A stretch of DNA of 64,000 nucleotides from Octopus vulgaris (lineage: Eukaryota). Below, one piece after another: positions 41,699 to 57,897 of the stretch. A program made the translations under genes and the position numbers. Every line of letters begins with the position of its first letter. The first letter of the stretch is position 1. The stretch lies in assembly GCA_951406725.2 (NCBI GenBank), contig OX597831.1, forward strand, positions 78,492,001 through 78,556,000. The letters are read 5' to 3'. The notes below the pieces were generated by a model that worked only from the letters and a program-made list of their open reading frames with translations, was not told the origin of the DNA and did not search any database.

Positions 41699-42405
41699 GG
41701 ACACAGTTTGTGTGTCAAATAGCTATCTTAAGGCGATGGCCTCATGGAGATAATCAGCGACAGCTTTTAGTCTTATATCTATAAGATTGCCATATTAATA
41801 TGGCGATAACAATTAATTTCCAGTAACGCTGCCGTAATCTCTTTTAGAGAGACTTAGTAAATTTAATATTTCTATTATATATATATATATATATATCGTT
41901 TATATATTTGTTGTGCAAGATTTTTTATGTGAAGTTGTGTGTTGAAACAGATATTATTATATTTCGGAATGTTCATTTTGCCAGTTTAGCCAATAAAAAC
42001 ACACGCACTATATATTTGGTGTTACTTTGCTTCAGTTTTATTTATTTTTTACATAATATGTGTGTGTGTATGTGTGTCTACATATATATATATTTGAAAA
42101 AATTAGTAGAGATAGCTTTCTGTAGGAGATAATTTTAATTTTAATCTAAACATTATTATTATGATTAAAATAAAAATTATCCCACCCACACACCACGCCC
42201 CAAAAGCCGTCTCTACTTATTTTTTCAAATATATAGTATTTCACCAAGAACTTACTTTTTATTATTCTATCACCGCCACTATCATCGCCTCATCACCACC
42301 AACGCAATCGCCAACACTACCTCCACCACCAACACGGCCACCTTTAATTCTTTGAGTCTATGTAATTTCAGTTCGTTCGATTAAACATATATATATGCAT
42401 TTATA

Positions 42406-42571
42406 GGCGCAGGCGTGGCTGTGTGGTAAGAAGATTGCTTCCCAACCACATGCTTCTGGGTTCAGTCCCACTGCCTGGCATCTTGGGCAAATGTCTTCTG
42501 CTATAGCCTCAGGCCGACAAAAGCCTTGTGAATGGATTTGGTAGACGAAAAACGAAAGAAGTCCGTTGTAT
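42406..42571 (+). mobile_element. tRNA-derived SINE family B
   Basis: ggcgcaggcgtggctgtgtggtaag (A box), gggttcagtccc (B box), cttgggcaa core. Other copies at 50175-50304(-), 51175-51315(+), 63276-63435(+), 63800-63930(-). Confidence 0.9.
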
Positions 42572-42635
42572 ATATATACATATCTGCCGATTATATTAGT
42601 GTGTCCAAATTGTTAAAATTTCATTTATTTATTCT

Positions 42636-42721
42636 TGCAGCTGATGATAGCGCTTCATTTAAATTGGTGTTATGATTGCATTATTCAATTAAATGGAGCC
42701 GTTTGAAACGGTCGTACTGCA
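42636..42721 (+). ncRNA. Type I hammerhead ribozyme with long stem II
   Basis: tgcag-CTGATGA-tagcgcttcattta...taaatggagccgttt-GAAA-cggtcg-TA-ctgca. Full core and 5-bp stem I. Confidence 0.8.
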
Positions 42722-43106
42722 TTACTATATGATATCCTGTTGCTTCCTTTAATTTTACACACACACACATATATATCTACTTGATTGATAATCATCTCAA
42801 AATTTTAAGCCTGGCCGTTCTTCCTACATGTGTATATATTTTACTCTTTTACTCTTCCACTTGTTTCAGTCATTTGACTGACTTTTAGTCATTTCACTGA
42901 TTTGACTGATTTTAGTCGAAAACATCGCCCCCCCGCCAGATGTTACTCTTTGTAAGCCCAGTACTTATTCCATCGGTCTCTTTTTTGCCGAACCTCTATG
43001 TAACGGGAACATAAACACACCAGCGTTGGTTGCCAAATGATGGTGGGATGGGGGGGGGGGTAAAAACAGAAATATATACGTATATATATAATATATTATA
43101 CATACA

Positions 43107-43170
<64 letters not shown>

Positions 43171-43189
43171 TATATAGTGTGTTGGAAAA

Positions 43190-43380
43190 GTCTTTCCGCT
43201 GTGGATTTTTGCAAGAGTTTTTCGGTGAACGATTATTTCGAAGGAACTTTGGCCACCAAAATCACCTGATTTAACACCGCCAGACTTTTTTTTTTTCTGG
43301 GGAGCAATTATGGAGCCAGTGTACAAGAATCGCCTGGAAACTATAAAATACTTACTGCGGAGAGACTTTGTGAACATATA
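43190..43380 (+). pseudogene. Tc1/mariner-superfamily transposase fragment
   Basis: LWPPKSPDLTPPDFFF..WGAIMEPVYKNRLETI matches the WPPRSPDLTPxDF motif. Confidence 0.75.
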
Positions 43381-44057
43381 AGAATGGAAATTTGCCAGAA
43401 GCTTATATCAGAATAACATACACTAATACAGGTATAGCAAATGCCATACAACATAAATTCTTAATTTATTAGAATTATTTCTGCCTGAAGAGAAAGTGCC
43501 ATAGTTACCAAGTGCCAATTAAGAACCACTTAACTCTAGAGAATTATCTCCCCTTCTCACTTAGAGGTGTCATTTATTGGCATTTGATAATGTTAGCATT
43601 CTGACACCTCTTCCAAAGACGCAGATAATCTGAATAAAAACAGATTCATTTGCATAGAAACCGGTATGAAACCGCTGGTCGTCGGATTCTGACTACAATT
43701 TGCATTATCGATCCTATTATCCGACTTGCTCATAGGGCGAAAATGCGAAGAGGAAAATGGCAGGCGTCGACTTTAGGAAATCTCTGGAACAAAAGAAGTG
43801 TGACAAAACCAGCTTACCAAAAACAGAGCAGAAGAATTCAACTATTCTTTTTGTTACTTCTTCTTCTTTCGTTTTTTTGTTGCTGTTGTTATTGCTGTAG
43901 TAGTTATTGTTCTGATTTTTGCATCCATATAAAATATACGCATATAACACGCACATATACACACACATATATATTAGTATATGTACGTATATGCATATGT
44001 GATTATGTGTACAAATATATATACGTATATAGTATGCTCATATATGTATATATATAC

Positions 44058-44126
<69 letters not shown>

Positions 44127-44266
44127 TTAAGGGAATATTATTCCTAACTTACAGGGAAAAATTCAATTTAGAAATACTTTACAAACTTTACAAAATATGA
44201 TATATATATATATATATATATATACATACACATATACATATCGGATTGTTTTATATATAGGTATGT

Positions 44267-44318
<52 letters not shown>

Positions 44319-44949
44319 GCACACACATGTATATACTCAGGCGTACGTAATGCAATTGTTATAATATACATTTAATGCTAGGGTATCTATGTGCGTATCA
44401 AAAGATGTTGGGTTTTTTTTTTTTAACCACACGAAACGTTTTATTTTTTTTCAAATAACTTTTTAAAATTTTATTTTGAAATTTAAATTTTTTTCTCAAC
44501 AATTCTTAGAGTATTTTTCTATTATTTAGTTAAAATTTATATTTTTTTAATTTTATATATTTTATTTAATTTAAAAACTATTTTTTCCCTTGATTCATTT
44601 TCAAGACATGAGTAAATATTTGTGAGATAAATAATGTCAATATGGAGGCAAATAATGAAGGAAATCGAGAAAGGAAGAAAGACGGACAGAAGCAAAGGAA
44701 GGAGTGAGGGATGGGTGGAATGAGAAAATATATAGGTAACGTGTCTAAGCCACTCTCTCTTTCTCTCTCTCTTTTTCTCTCTCTTTCACTCTCTCTGTCT
44801 CCTTTTTTCACCCACTCTCTATTTCTCTCTGTCCTTATCTATCTATGAATCCATCTATGTATGTATGTATGTATGTATGTATGTATGTATGTATGTATGT
44901 ATGTATGTATGTATGTATGCATGTATGTATGTATGTATATATTATTCCC

Positions 44950-45005
<56 letters not shown>

Positions 45006-45043
45006 ACTGTCCGTCTGTCTGTCTGTCCATCTATCTATCTATG

Positions 45044-45075
<32 letters not shown>

Positions 45076-45076
45076 C

Positions 45077-45194
<118 letters not shown>

Positions 45195-45346
45195 TTATCT
45201 GTCTATCTATCCAGCTGGCTACCTAACCAGTGAATGTGTGGGTACATATCTATCTTACTATGTGCATGTATACAAATCTACACAGTCACACACACATATG
45301 TACATACATAGATACCTAGAGAGACATGCATACACACACATATATA

Positions 45347-45381
<35 letters not shown>

Positions 45382-45452
45382 AAGAGAAAGAGATAGATAG
45401 ATAGATAGATAGATACATGCGAATGTAACCACACACACTTGTGTGTGTGTAA

Positions 45453-45483
<31 letters not shown>

Positions 45484-45775
45484 TGAGTGTGTGTGTTTGT
45501 GTGTGTGTATCCATACATATATTTATATATATGTACATAGAGAAATGGAGAGGCAAAGAGGGGGAAAGGAAAACGGTGGGTGAGAGGTGGACAGAGAAAG
45601 GAGTAAACGTATAAAGAAAGAAAGAAAGGGAAAAAAAGAAAGAAAGAATGGAAAAAGAAAGAGTGTAATGAAGAATATGGGTGAAAGAATTTATAGTAAC
45701 TGAATGTGATAAAGCTGACGATGACGACAGCGGCGATAACTCTGGCGACGACAGAGGAAATGGAAGCAGGAAAGA

Positions 45776-45806
<31 letters not shown>

Positions 45807-46341
45807 ACGATGATGATGATGACGATGATGATGATGAGGATGAGGTGGATGATGATGATGATGACGACGATGACGATGAGGATGAGGTGGATGATGATGA
45901 TGATGATGATGATGATGGTGGTGATGATGATGATGATAATAATGATGATGATGATGATGATGATGATGACGATGATGATGATGATGATGATGATGATGAC
46001 GCCGACGACGATGATGAAGATGATGATGATGGTGGTGATGATGATGATGATGATGATCATCATCATCATCATCATGACGGGACCAAACTGATACTAATAA
46101 TAATTATATTTAATCAAATCGAATTAGTAGTAGTAGTAGTAGTAGTAGCAGCAGCAGCAGCAGCAAGATAGTGGTTATTGTCAATCACTTCAAAATGGAA
46201 ACACTGCAACATAAAGATATGTGTGTGCGTGCATATATATGTATATGTATACATATATACATATGTGTATATAAATGTATTATGTATGAATATGTATGTA
46301 TGTATGTATATGTATATATGTATATACACGCATACACACAC

Positions 46342-46379
<38 letters not shown>

Positions 46380-46679
46380 ACGTGTATGTGTATGTATGAA
46401 TATATAGATATATTTCTGTGTGCATGTATGAGTATGTGTGTGTGTGTGTGGGTTTGTATGTATACACAGATGTCTACGTGTATTTATAAAATTATGTGAA
46501 AAGGCACAAAAAAGACTCTAAAATTTCTCTGCCATAAACTATTTTCAAAATGAAATTAAAACGAAAGTTTGTATGTTTGTATGTGTGCATAATATATATA
46601 TATATATATATTCCAAGAGTTCATTTCCGAAGACATCATTTCTGATTTTCAACGAAATGGTAGACACTTGCACAAACAC

Positions 46680-46721
<42 letters not shown>

Positions 46722-47550
46722 GCGCGCGCACACACACACACACATACACACACACACACACACACAGAGACACAGACACACAGACACACATACACACACA
46801 CACACATACACACAGACACACTCACACACATACACACACACACACTCACACACACACACACTCATATATATTCATCTATATGTGTGAATGTATATATATG
46901 TATCTAAATATGTATCTGTATATGCGTGTGTGTGTGTGCACACACGACACGGAGAGAGAGAGAGAGGGGGAGAGAGAGAGAGTCGATGAGGTTAGGTTTG
47001 AAAGTAAAATGATGATTAAATATACGATAAAAAAATATATTTAATAAAAATAAAAACTAAATAGATAAATGATGTTATGAAGAAATTTGAAGTTTAAATT
47101 AAGGTCGAGAAATGCCGCTAATTAGAAAATGAAAGACGTTTTAATTGCGAACAAACACTAAAATATTTTAACACTCACACGTTTTTTAATTATTTTGTTT
47201 GTTTGTTTTGTTTGTTTTGTATTTATTTGTTTCATTGATTTTTGTTTTTTATATTAAAATGTTTGAATGTGACGGTTGGGGTTGGATGTGATATTTAAAT
47301 TATTTAATAAAATATGATGCGGAGAAAAAGATCGACGGATAGGGAGATATTGAGAGAGAGGGAGAGAAAGAGAGAGAGAGAGAGGGAGAGCAGAGACAAG
47401 AGGACAGAAGAAGAGAGGGAAAGGAGAGGAAAAAGGGAAGGAGGAAAGAGTATAATGAAATCTCTGTAAGTACATATAGGTATTTATACATATATATACG
47501 TACGTGTGTGTGTGTGTGTGCGTGCGCACGGATTTATGTATGCTTATATA

Positions 47551-47596
<46 letters not shown>

Positions 47597-47756
47597 TGTA
47601 AAATATATATATACATATATATCTTTGTTTATACGCATATATGTATATATAACTATACATATATACACTCATTAATATATGCATTCATCTACAACCGTAG
47701 ATATAGCTACATATAGGCATACATACAAATACATATACACATGCATCCATGCACAC

Positions 47757-47901
<145 letters not shown>

Positions 47902-48456
47902 AATGTATGTATGTATATATATATACACCCAGCAATAAAAACGAAGTAAAACGTTAGAACAAAGATGAAATGAAAAATCTGGCGCGAAAGATTTTTTGCG
48001 CAAAATTTGGAAAACAAATGAAAGACGAAAAGAGAGAAGAAATGTGAATGAAAGAAGCAAAAAAAAAAAAAAGAAAAAAATTAGAAAGAGTGAGAGAAGG
48101 AAAGAAGGAAAGAAAGAATATGATGAAGACAGCAAAGTAACGATGTCGTTTTGGTAAAAAGAATCGTGGCCAGACTAAATTTTGCAGTCTTTGATTTTTG
48201 GTACCGAGATTTTAATTAACATGTTTGCTGATTTCAAAATACTACAAATCTATCTATGTTTTCCCTTACTTTCTCCGTTCCTTCCTTTTTTCCTTTCTTT
48301 TCTATTCTTCTCCTTTCTTTCTTTTTTTTTCTTTCTGCTTTCGTTTCTTTCATCCATTCACTCATTCTTCCCTCATTCTTTCTCATATACTGTGTATATC
48401 TATGTACATATATGCACCTTTGAACGTGTGTATGTTTGTGCATATGAATATATATA

Positions 48457-48509
<53 letters not shown>

Positions 48510-48660
48510 TTGTGTATATATGTATATATGTATATATGTACATATATATATATATATATACATGTATATATGTATATATATGTGTGTGTATACGTGTGTA
48601 TGTGTATGTATGTGTATGTATGTATATGTATATGTGTATATATGTATGTGTGTATTTATA

Positions 48661-48692
<32 letters not shown>

Positions 48693-49003
48693 CATTTCAC
48701 ACACATGTACATATCCATCCATCCATCCATCCATCCATCCATCCATGCATCCATACAGTCACGCAAACGTCAGCTGAAGCGCACGTGCTCATTCATTTCC
48801 TTCCTTCCAACTCTCATTCCTCTAACACGTTTCGCGTTTCCTTCACTCTCGTTCATCCTTCTTCCACGCCTTCATTCCCTCCTATCGTTACTTTCTATAT
48901 TTCGAACTTCGTTTGAATTCATTTTTCGTTTTAATTATTTACGGGTCCTTGTTACTTCTTCATTAACTCCTCCTTTCCTACGGTCGTGCATCCTTCCTTC
49001 CCT

Positions 49004-49035
<32 letters not shown>

Positions 49036-49155
49036 TTTTTACTTCGCCCGCCCGCCCACCTCGGTTTATGTAATTTTTCCCCTTTCATGTTATGTTTGTA
49101 TAGAATTTCGTTAAATGCTTTTATCATTTTATTTATCTTATTTTAACTTATTTAG

Positions 49156-49198
<43 letters not shown>

Positions 49199-49339
49199 GT
49201 CATCGTCATCGTCATCGTCATCATCATCATCACCATTGCCTTTTGCTTATTTTGTTTATTTAAAAAAATTGTTCTATGCTGAACTTTGTTTCATGGCGGT
49301 ATGTGTATTTATGCATACATATATACATACAAATATGCA

Positions 49340-49399
<60 letters not shown>

Positions 49400-49453
49400 C
49401 ACAAATACGCGCGCGCACTTACACACATACACACACGTACAGACACACAGACG

Positions 49454-49496
<43 letters not shown>

Positions 49497-49745
49497 TATA
49501 CCGTGACGTATATTTGCCATTTAAATATGGCTAACCCCTAAGGGTGGATGCTACTGTAGTTTGTAGTCTCAGGAGGACACCTCCTCCAGCTGGCTATAGA
49601 CACACTTTCTGTGCCCTATCAATATTTGCAAAGGGAAGCCATCCTTTATATATATATATATGTATGTATATGTATGTATGAAAACACACACACATACATA
49701 TGTATGTATGTATCTATCTATATATATGTGTATATGTATATATAC

Positions 49746-49800
<55 letters not shown>

Positions 49801-49829
49801 TATATATATATGGATACGCACATATATAC

Positions 49830-49860
<31 letters not shown>

Positions 49861-50133
49861 CACACAGACACACATATATATATATATACTTTTGTCTTTC
49901 ACTTTTGGATTGCCTCCACGCTGGAGCAACTTGATATGTTTGTTAACCAAATCAGCCACGGTATATTCTTGTTATGTTATTCAATGTGTAGTCCTTATGC
50001 AATCGCACGCTTTTGCCGAACCACTATGTTACAAGGACGTCAACACACCAAAACCGGTTGACAAGTATTTCTGATGGCAGTGAGTGCAGGCATGTGTCAT
50101 ATATATATATTCTTTTCCTTGTTTAAATTATAC

Positions 50134-50175
<42 letters not shown>

Positions 50176-50363
50176 TCCGTCTACCATATCCACTCACAAG
50201 GCTTTGGTTCACCTGAAGCTACATTAGAAAACCAGGGAGACACGCAGGGATTGAACCCGGAACCATATGGTTGGGAAGTAAACTGCTTAACACACAGCCA
50301 CGCCAACGTATTATATATGTGTGTGTGTGTATGTACATATATATATATGTGTGTACATATGCG

Positions 50364-50396
<33 letters not shown>

Positions 50397-50412
50397 TATA
50401 TATCTCATATAT

Positions 50413-50486
<74 letters not shown>

Positions 50487-51334
50487 GTATACACATAAAT
50501 ATGGAGAGATGGAGAAATAGGACAGACATACAAACAGATAGCAAGACAGACATATAGATTGATAGGTAGATAAACAGATATATATGTATGTATGTGTGTA
50601 TGTATATATGTATGTGTGTGCATGTATGTGTGTGTATGTACGTATGTGTTTGTCTACGTGCACATGTATGCGCGTATCTGTTTCTCTATGTTTATTTGTC
50701 TTCGCGCGTGTTTCTCTATCCGGGTATATGTTGGTATAATAATGCCATTTTGGGGTTTTGTCTATACATTTTATATGCATGAATGCTGCTCTTTGAAAGT
50801 TAGTATGTTACACTTTATACATTATTCATAGAACCGTATTAAATAAAATGAAAACATAAAGATATAACCAAAAAAGAAAAAAAGAAAAGAAGAAAAAAAC
50901 ATGGAGGCCAATGTGAAGTGTATGTGTTTAGAAGCTTTGCGGAGTTATGGACCAGATCGTATTTCCGGAGTGCGTGATTTGAAACAGCTAATATATACAT
51001 ATATAAATGTATATATGTGTACGAGAATCTATGAGATCAAATAAAAGAACAGTAGTTACGAAAGAATTAAGGTAAACATACACAAAGATAAAAAGAAAAT
51101 GGCGGCCGTGTTATAACGAAAACAGAAGAGCTGTAGGGAGAAATACAGGAACATAAGTGAAAAATTCATACTTAGGTGCAGGCGTGGCTGTGTGGTAAGT
51201 AGTTTGTTTCTCAGCCACATGGTTCTGCGTTCGGTCCTACTGCGTGGCATCTTGGGTGGGCGTCTGCTCTTATAGCCGCGGGCTGATCAAACCTTCGTGA
51301 AAGAAAACAGTCGTGTTAATACTGTATATAATGT

Positions 51335-51591
51335 TTTTACTTGTTTGAGACATTAAATTGCGGCCATGCTGGAGCACAGTCTTTAAGAATTTAGGCGAAA
51401 TTAATCGACCCCCAGAACTTCCATTTTGTTTAAGTTAGATACTTATTACATCCGTTATTTTTGCCGGACCGCTAAGTTACGAGGACGTAAGCAACATCAA
51501 CACCGGTTATCAAGCGGTAGTGGGGGACAAACACGAACACATACACACAAACACACATATAAATATAGACATACACAAATACACACACACA

Positions 51592-51653
<62 letters not shown>

Positions 51654-52175
51654 AATACATACACAAACACACATACATATATGTATATGCACGTGTGTCT
51701 GTGTTTGTCCCCTACTATCACTTGACAACCGGTGTTGGTGTGTTTACGTCTCTGTAACTTGGCCGTTCTGCAAAAGAGACCCATATAATGGGTACTAAGC
51801 TTTAACAATATAAGTACCGGGATGAATTTTTAGGTGGATTTGGTAGATATGCACGCGTACATGTGTGTGCGTGTGTGTGTGTGAGCGCGTGTTTGTGTGT
51901 CTATGCGTTTGTGTGTGTTTTTGTGTGTATGTGTTTTGTGTGTGTTTGTGCATGTGTGCGTGACTATGTTTGTCTTTGTCCCTCACCATCGTTTGACAAC
52001 CGATGTTGGTTTACTTACGTCCCCCAAAATTAGTAGTTCGGCAACGGAAGCCGATAAAGAGAGAGTAGACTATAACAAAATATTAGTAAAGGGATCAGTT
52101 GTTCGATGAAAACTTTAAAAGTGGTGCCCCAGCATGGTCGCAGCCTAATGACTGAAAAAAGTAAAAAAGAATAAA
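51335..52175. mobile_element. SINE C tail modules in both orientations (51335-51530 -, 51700-51815 +, 51975-52175 +)
   Basis: ttgacaacc..tgttggt..tttacgtc and ccagcatgg.cgca motifs. Confidence 0.75.
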
Positions 52176-52993
52176 AAAGATTAAAATATTTGTGCATACA
52201 CACACGCACACACACGCACACACACACACACACGCACACACATACATACACACAGACACAGACACACACACACACAGACACATACACACGCACACACACA
52301 GACACACACGCACACACTCACACACACTCAAACACACACACACACACACACAAACACACACTCACACACACTCACACATACACACACATACACACAGAGA
52401 CACAGACGCACACACAAACACACGCGCACACACTCAACACACACGCACACACATACACACAGAGACACAGACGCACATACACACACATACACAAAGAGGC
52501 ACAGACGCACACACAAACACACGCACACACACTCAACCACTCACGCGAGCACATACACACACACACAGAATTATACACACGCGCACACAAACAGACATAC
52601 ACAAACACACACATACATTAGTGTGTTTGTGTGTGTGTGTGTTTACTATTGTATGCAAGTGTGTTTGTGATTGTATGTGTGCGCGCGCACGCGAAAATGC
52701 CTTTAAATATTCTTCTTCCCGCTTGTCACACCATATGTTTGAGTGTTACACTTTAAACGTCTTTATCTATGGAAGGCAATCGGAAACACAATCGAAATCT
52801 CTCATGCAATAATATACGTTTATAATATTCCATATATTTCTGCAAAAAAGAAAAATTAAAAAAAGACCTAAATAAGACCCATTTATGTAGCGAAGAATTT
52901 CCACGGGTCCCGTTTGTCCGTATGAAGGCAATCAAGCGTAAGCGTATACAAAACGTGTATGTATATGCGTGTGTGTGCCTATGTGTGTATATA

Positions 52994-53030
<37 letters not shown>

Positions 53031-53356
53031 AAGAAGATTGTTAAGTGTGAGATGACAATGGGAGGATATAAAGATGTTAAGACACACAATATAAGAAGCT
53101 GTACAATTTGAATACGTAACGCGGGGAAATAAATAGATTATGTGCAGAGTTAGATAAAGGTCGGGTTGGCCTTAATGGTGGCAGTGGTGGTGGTGGTGGT
53201 TGTGGTGGTGGAGGGTAGAGGCGGTGGCGGCGGCTCTGGACTGGTTTCAATGTCCCAAGCGCTTGAAGCGACACGAGAAGGCATTGGCTAAAGAAGTGAG
53301 AAATCTTGGATTGTTTACGGAAAGTCATACGTAGAAGAGGAGGGATGATGTAGATG

Positions 53357-53388
<32 letters not shown>

Positions 53389-53619
53389 GGTGATGATGAT
53401 GATGATGGTAGTGGTGATGATTATGATGATGATGGTGATGATGATGATGATGATGACGATGACGACGACGACAATGACGATGATGATGATGATGATGATG
53501 ACGATAAAGATGATGATGATGATGATGATGACGATAAAGATGAAGATGACGATGATGATGATAGTGATGAAGATGACCATAGTAATGAAAATGATGACGA
53601 CGATGAAAATGACGATAAC

Positions 53620-53685
<66 letters not shown>

Positions 53686-53901
53686 AATAAGGAAGATGAT
53701 GACGATGATGATGATGATGGTGGTGCTGTTGCTGCTGCTGCTGCTTGTGGTGGTGGTGATGGCTGATGATTGACGGATGGATAATCACACTGATAGTTAC
53801 ACTCTCACACACACACATGCAATATACACAGGCACGGACACACGCACACACACACACATATCCATATAAATGCATTTGGACGCACGTAATCTATCTATCT
53901 A

Positions 53902-54048
<147 letters not shown>

Positions 54049-54107
54049 TATATACATACATAAATACATACATACATATATAAATGTATTGCATATATAT
54101 ATGTATA

Positions 54108-54183
<76 letters not shown>

Positions 54184-54251
54184 AACATATATATGCATAC
54201 ATATATATATACATATATATATGTATATGTATGTAAACATATATATATGTA

Positions 54252-54300
<49 letters not shown>

Positions 54301-54337
54301 CCACCAATCTCTGTTTATCGATCTATGTCTCTCTCTC

Positions 54338-54392
<55 letters not shown>

Positions 54393-54585
54393 GTATGCAT
54401 GGATGTATGTATGTATGCATGTATGTATATATATATATATATTTATATATATACACACATATGAACTCGCTCAAACACACACACACTCACACACACACGC
54501 ACAGACACATACACCTACCCACACACACATCTCCCCCCTCTCTCTCTTTCTGTAGATAGATAGATAGACATACAGATATAGATAT

Positions 54586-54731
<146 letters not shown>

Positions 54732-54751
54732 GGCTAGATAGATAGATAGAT

Positions 54752-54798
<47 letters not shown>

Positions 54799-54799
54799 C

Positions 54800-54849
<50 letters not shown>

Positions 54850-54855
54850 ATAGAC

Positions 54856-54903
<48 letters not shown>

Positions 54904-55427
54904 GTTGCCCTGTGGTATTTACGGCCAATACACTCAAACCTTAATTACTCGCTAGAAAATCTAAACTGTTCCCCGTGGAAAATATGGCGGCCATGCAACA
55001 TTGTCCGGTTTCCAATTGAAGCTATGATTGCAGGGTGGATGCGGGACGGGAGGGGATGAGCGGTGGCTTTTGTGGCCGGTCTAGAGGAGCGTTTCACTTA
55101 GCTGGTTAATCTCGGTTAAACGATGTTACTAGCGACCTCTTTCGGGCGAAGAAATGTTTTACACACTGTTGTCACGGTTTTTGTTTTTTCGTGTGTTTTG
55201 TATTTTCGCTTTTTTTTTTGTCAATATCTTTCATTAAGAACGACTCGGTATGTTTGTATGTATGTATGTATGTATGTATGTATGTATGTATGTGTGTATG
55301 TGTGTATGTATGTATGCGTTAGTATATGTCATTATGTGTTTTTATGATTTTTCTCTTAGCTTTTCATTCTCTTTCTCTTTCTCTTGGTGTGTGTATGAGA
55401 TTGCATGTGCGTGTGTGCGTGTATGCG

Positions 55428-55490
<63 letters not shown>

Positions 55491-55499
55491 CTGTATGCG

Positions 55500-55530
<31 letters not shown>

Positions 55531-55615
55531 TTTATAAATATATTCCTAGAGGTCAAAAAATCTGTTGAGATGAATAAAATGAATAGATGGTGGATTAAAT
55601 GTCTGTGAATATATG

Positions 55616-55647
<32 letters not shown>

Positions 55648-55780
55648 TGTGTGTATGTGTATGTATGTATGTGTGTGGGTATGTATGTATGTATGTATGT
55701 ATGTATGTACGTATGTATGTATGTGTGTATCTATTTATGTATCTACATACACACACAAATATACATACACACACACACAC

Positions 55781-55818
<38 letters not shown>

Positions 55819-55887
55819 GCACTCGAATAGAGAAGTAAGTATGTAAATAGGGGAATATTTGATTACGAAAATAAGTATTTTATATAT

Positions 55888-55973
<86 letters not shown>

Positions 55974-56650
55974 TATATACATACATATATATATATATGC
56001 ATATATATGTATACTTACACACACATACAGATATATATATATATATAAATATATAAACACATATACATATACATATATGTATATATATATACATATACGT
56101 ACCATACAAATTTATATACCTACATACATACAAACATACATACATACATACAAACATACACATATGCGTACACACAAGTATACATATTTGCATATATACA
56201 TGCATAAACATATTTATTTATAAACTGCATGATATAAACTGTCAGACATGATGGAGTATATGTACACATACGTGTGTTATGAATATATATTTATGTACGT
56301 AAATTCTTGCTTATATACATATGTCAGTGTGTATATATGTGTGCCTTCATATCACGACCAATTCTGGGCTTCTATGAATTTCATTGCTAGTATTAGCTAC
56401 GATTTAAAGGTCAATGCCTCGCGGTTTTTTAATACTATCAACCGGGACTGATAAAAAAAAACTACTCGGACTTTCTAATCATCTAAAAATAGAAGCTATA
56501 TTGAATTTGGTCGGAAATCTAAGATGGCTAAGTGTATGATATAGGGATTATTAGTTCCTATGTTCCTTTCGTAAGGATCTCGTGTTGATAGCCATTGTTT
56601 TTTTTTCTTTTCTTTTGTTATAATAAACTGCCTTCGTTTCTGCTATTGCA

Positions 56651-56874
56651 GGCGGCGAGCTGGCAGAATCGTTAGCACGCCGGACGAAATGCTTTGCGGT
56701 ATTTCATTTGCTGCTATATTCTGAGTACAATTCCGCCGAGGTTGACTTTGCCTTTCATCCTTTCGGGGTCGATAAATAAAGTGCCAGTTATGCACTGGGG
56801 TCGATGTAATCGACTTAATCCATTTGTCTGTCCTTGTTTGTCCCCTCTGTGTGTAACCCCTTGTAAAGAAATAA
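56651..56874 (+). mobile_element. SINE A long-tail copy
   Basis: Complete head, core and tail ccccttgtaaagaaataag. Confidence 0.9.
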
Positions 56875-56997
56875 GAATCGTTAGCACGTTTGGGAATTCG
56901 TCTTAGCGGCGTTTCGTCCGTGTTTACATTCTGAGTTCATATTTCGCTGAAGTCAGCTTAGCCTTTAATCCTTTCTGGATCGATAAAATAAGTACCA

Positions 56998-57142
56998 TTA
57001 TTTACATTATTTACATTTGACGGATATTTGTCTTCATCTTGTTTGTTGTTAACGTTTCGGCTGATATACCCTCCAGTCTTCATCAGGCGTCTTAGGGGGA
57101 AATTTCGAACCTGGGTTCTCATTCCTAAGGTATTTTTCGACG
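56998..57142 (-). mobile_element. Inverted copy of the hammerhead-bearing tail at 57896-58072
   Basis: Minus strand: ataccttaggaatgagaacc...acgc-CTGATGA-agactggagggtatatcagcc-GAAA-cg-TT-aacaac (HHR about 57047-57090). Confidence 0.8.
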
Positions 57143-57320
<178 letters not shown>

Positions 57321-57332
57321 GTAATAATAATA

Positions 57333-57370
<38 letters not shown>

Positions 57371-57373
<3 letters not shown>

Positions 57374-57829
57374 ATGACTGTCCCAATTGATATAAACGTA
57401 TCTGTCAAGACCTACCAAAAACTGAGCAAATATAAAGAACTTGAAATAGAAATCAGCAAAATGTGGAACCTGAAGACTAAAACAATACCTGTTGTCATAG
57501 GTGCCCTGGGAATGATAGCGAAAGGGACTGATTGCTACCTAACTCAGATACCAGGAAACACCAAAATGGCAGAAATTCAAAAGATAGTGCTCATGGGAAC
57601 TGCTCATATCCTACGCAAAATACTCTCTATATAATCCCAAGGTTTAAAACAAACTTTTTTTTTAAAATTTATGTATTAGACATTCACTAGTACAACACCA
57701 AAAAAAACAACCCAAATATATGGCACACTAGGCATAACAACAACGTGAACTTCCAACCTGTTGTCTCTTGAGGTCTCTGGGTGAGATTTGGAGCCAACTT
57801 GTACAGACATAAAGCAAAAGTCAAACATA

Positions 57830-57830
<1 letters not shown>
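57371..57830 (+). mobile_element. 3' fragment of an R4/Dong-type LINE inserted in (AAT)n
   Basis: DMTVPIDINVSVKTYQKLSKYKELEIEISKMW...PVVIGALG...MGTAHILRKILSI*, then a UTR shared with 2455-2632. Confidence 0.9.

Positions 57831-57895
<65 letters not shown>

Positions 57896-57897
<2 letters not shown>

Noticed and set aside
43480-43690. ctgc-CTGAAGA...gcag and nearby GAAA-ccgg-TA motifs
   Set aside because: The parts cannot be assembled into one three-way junction in the right order.
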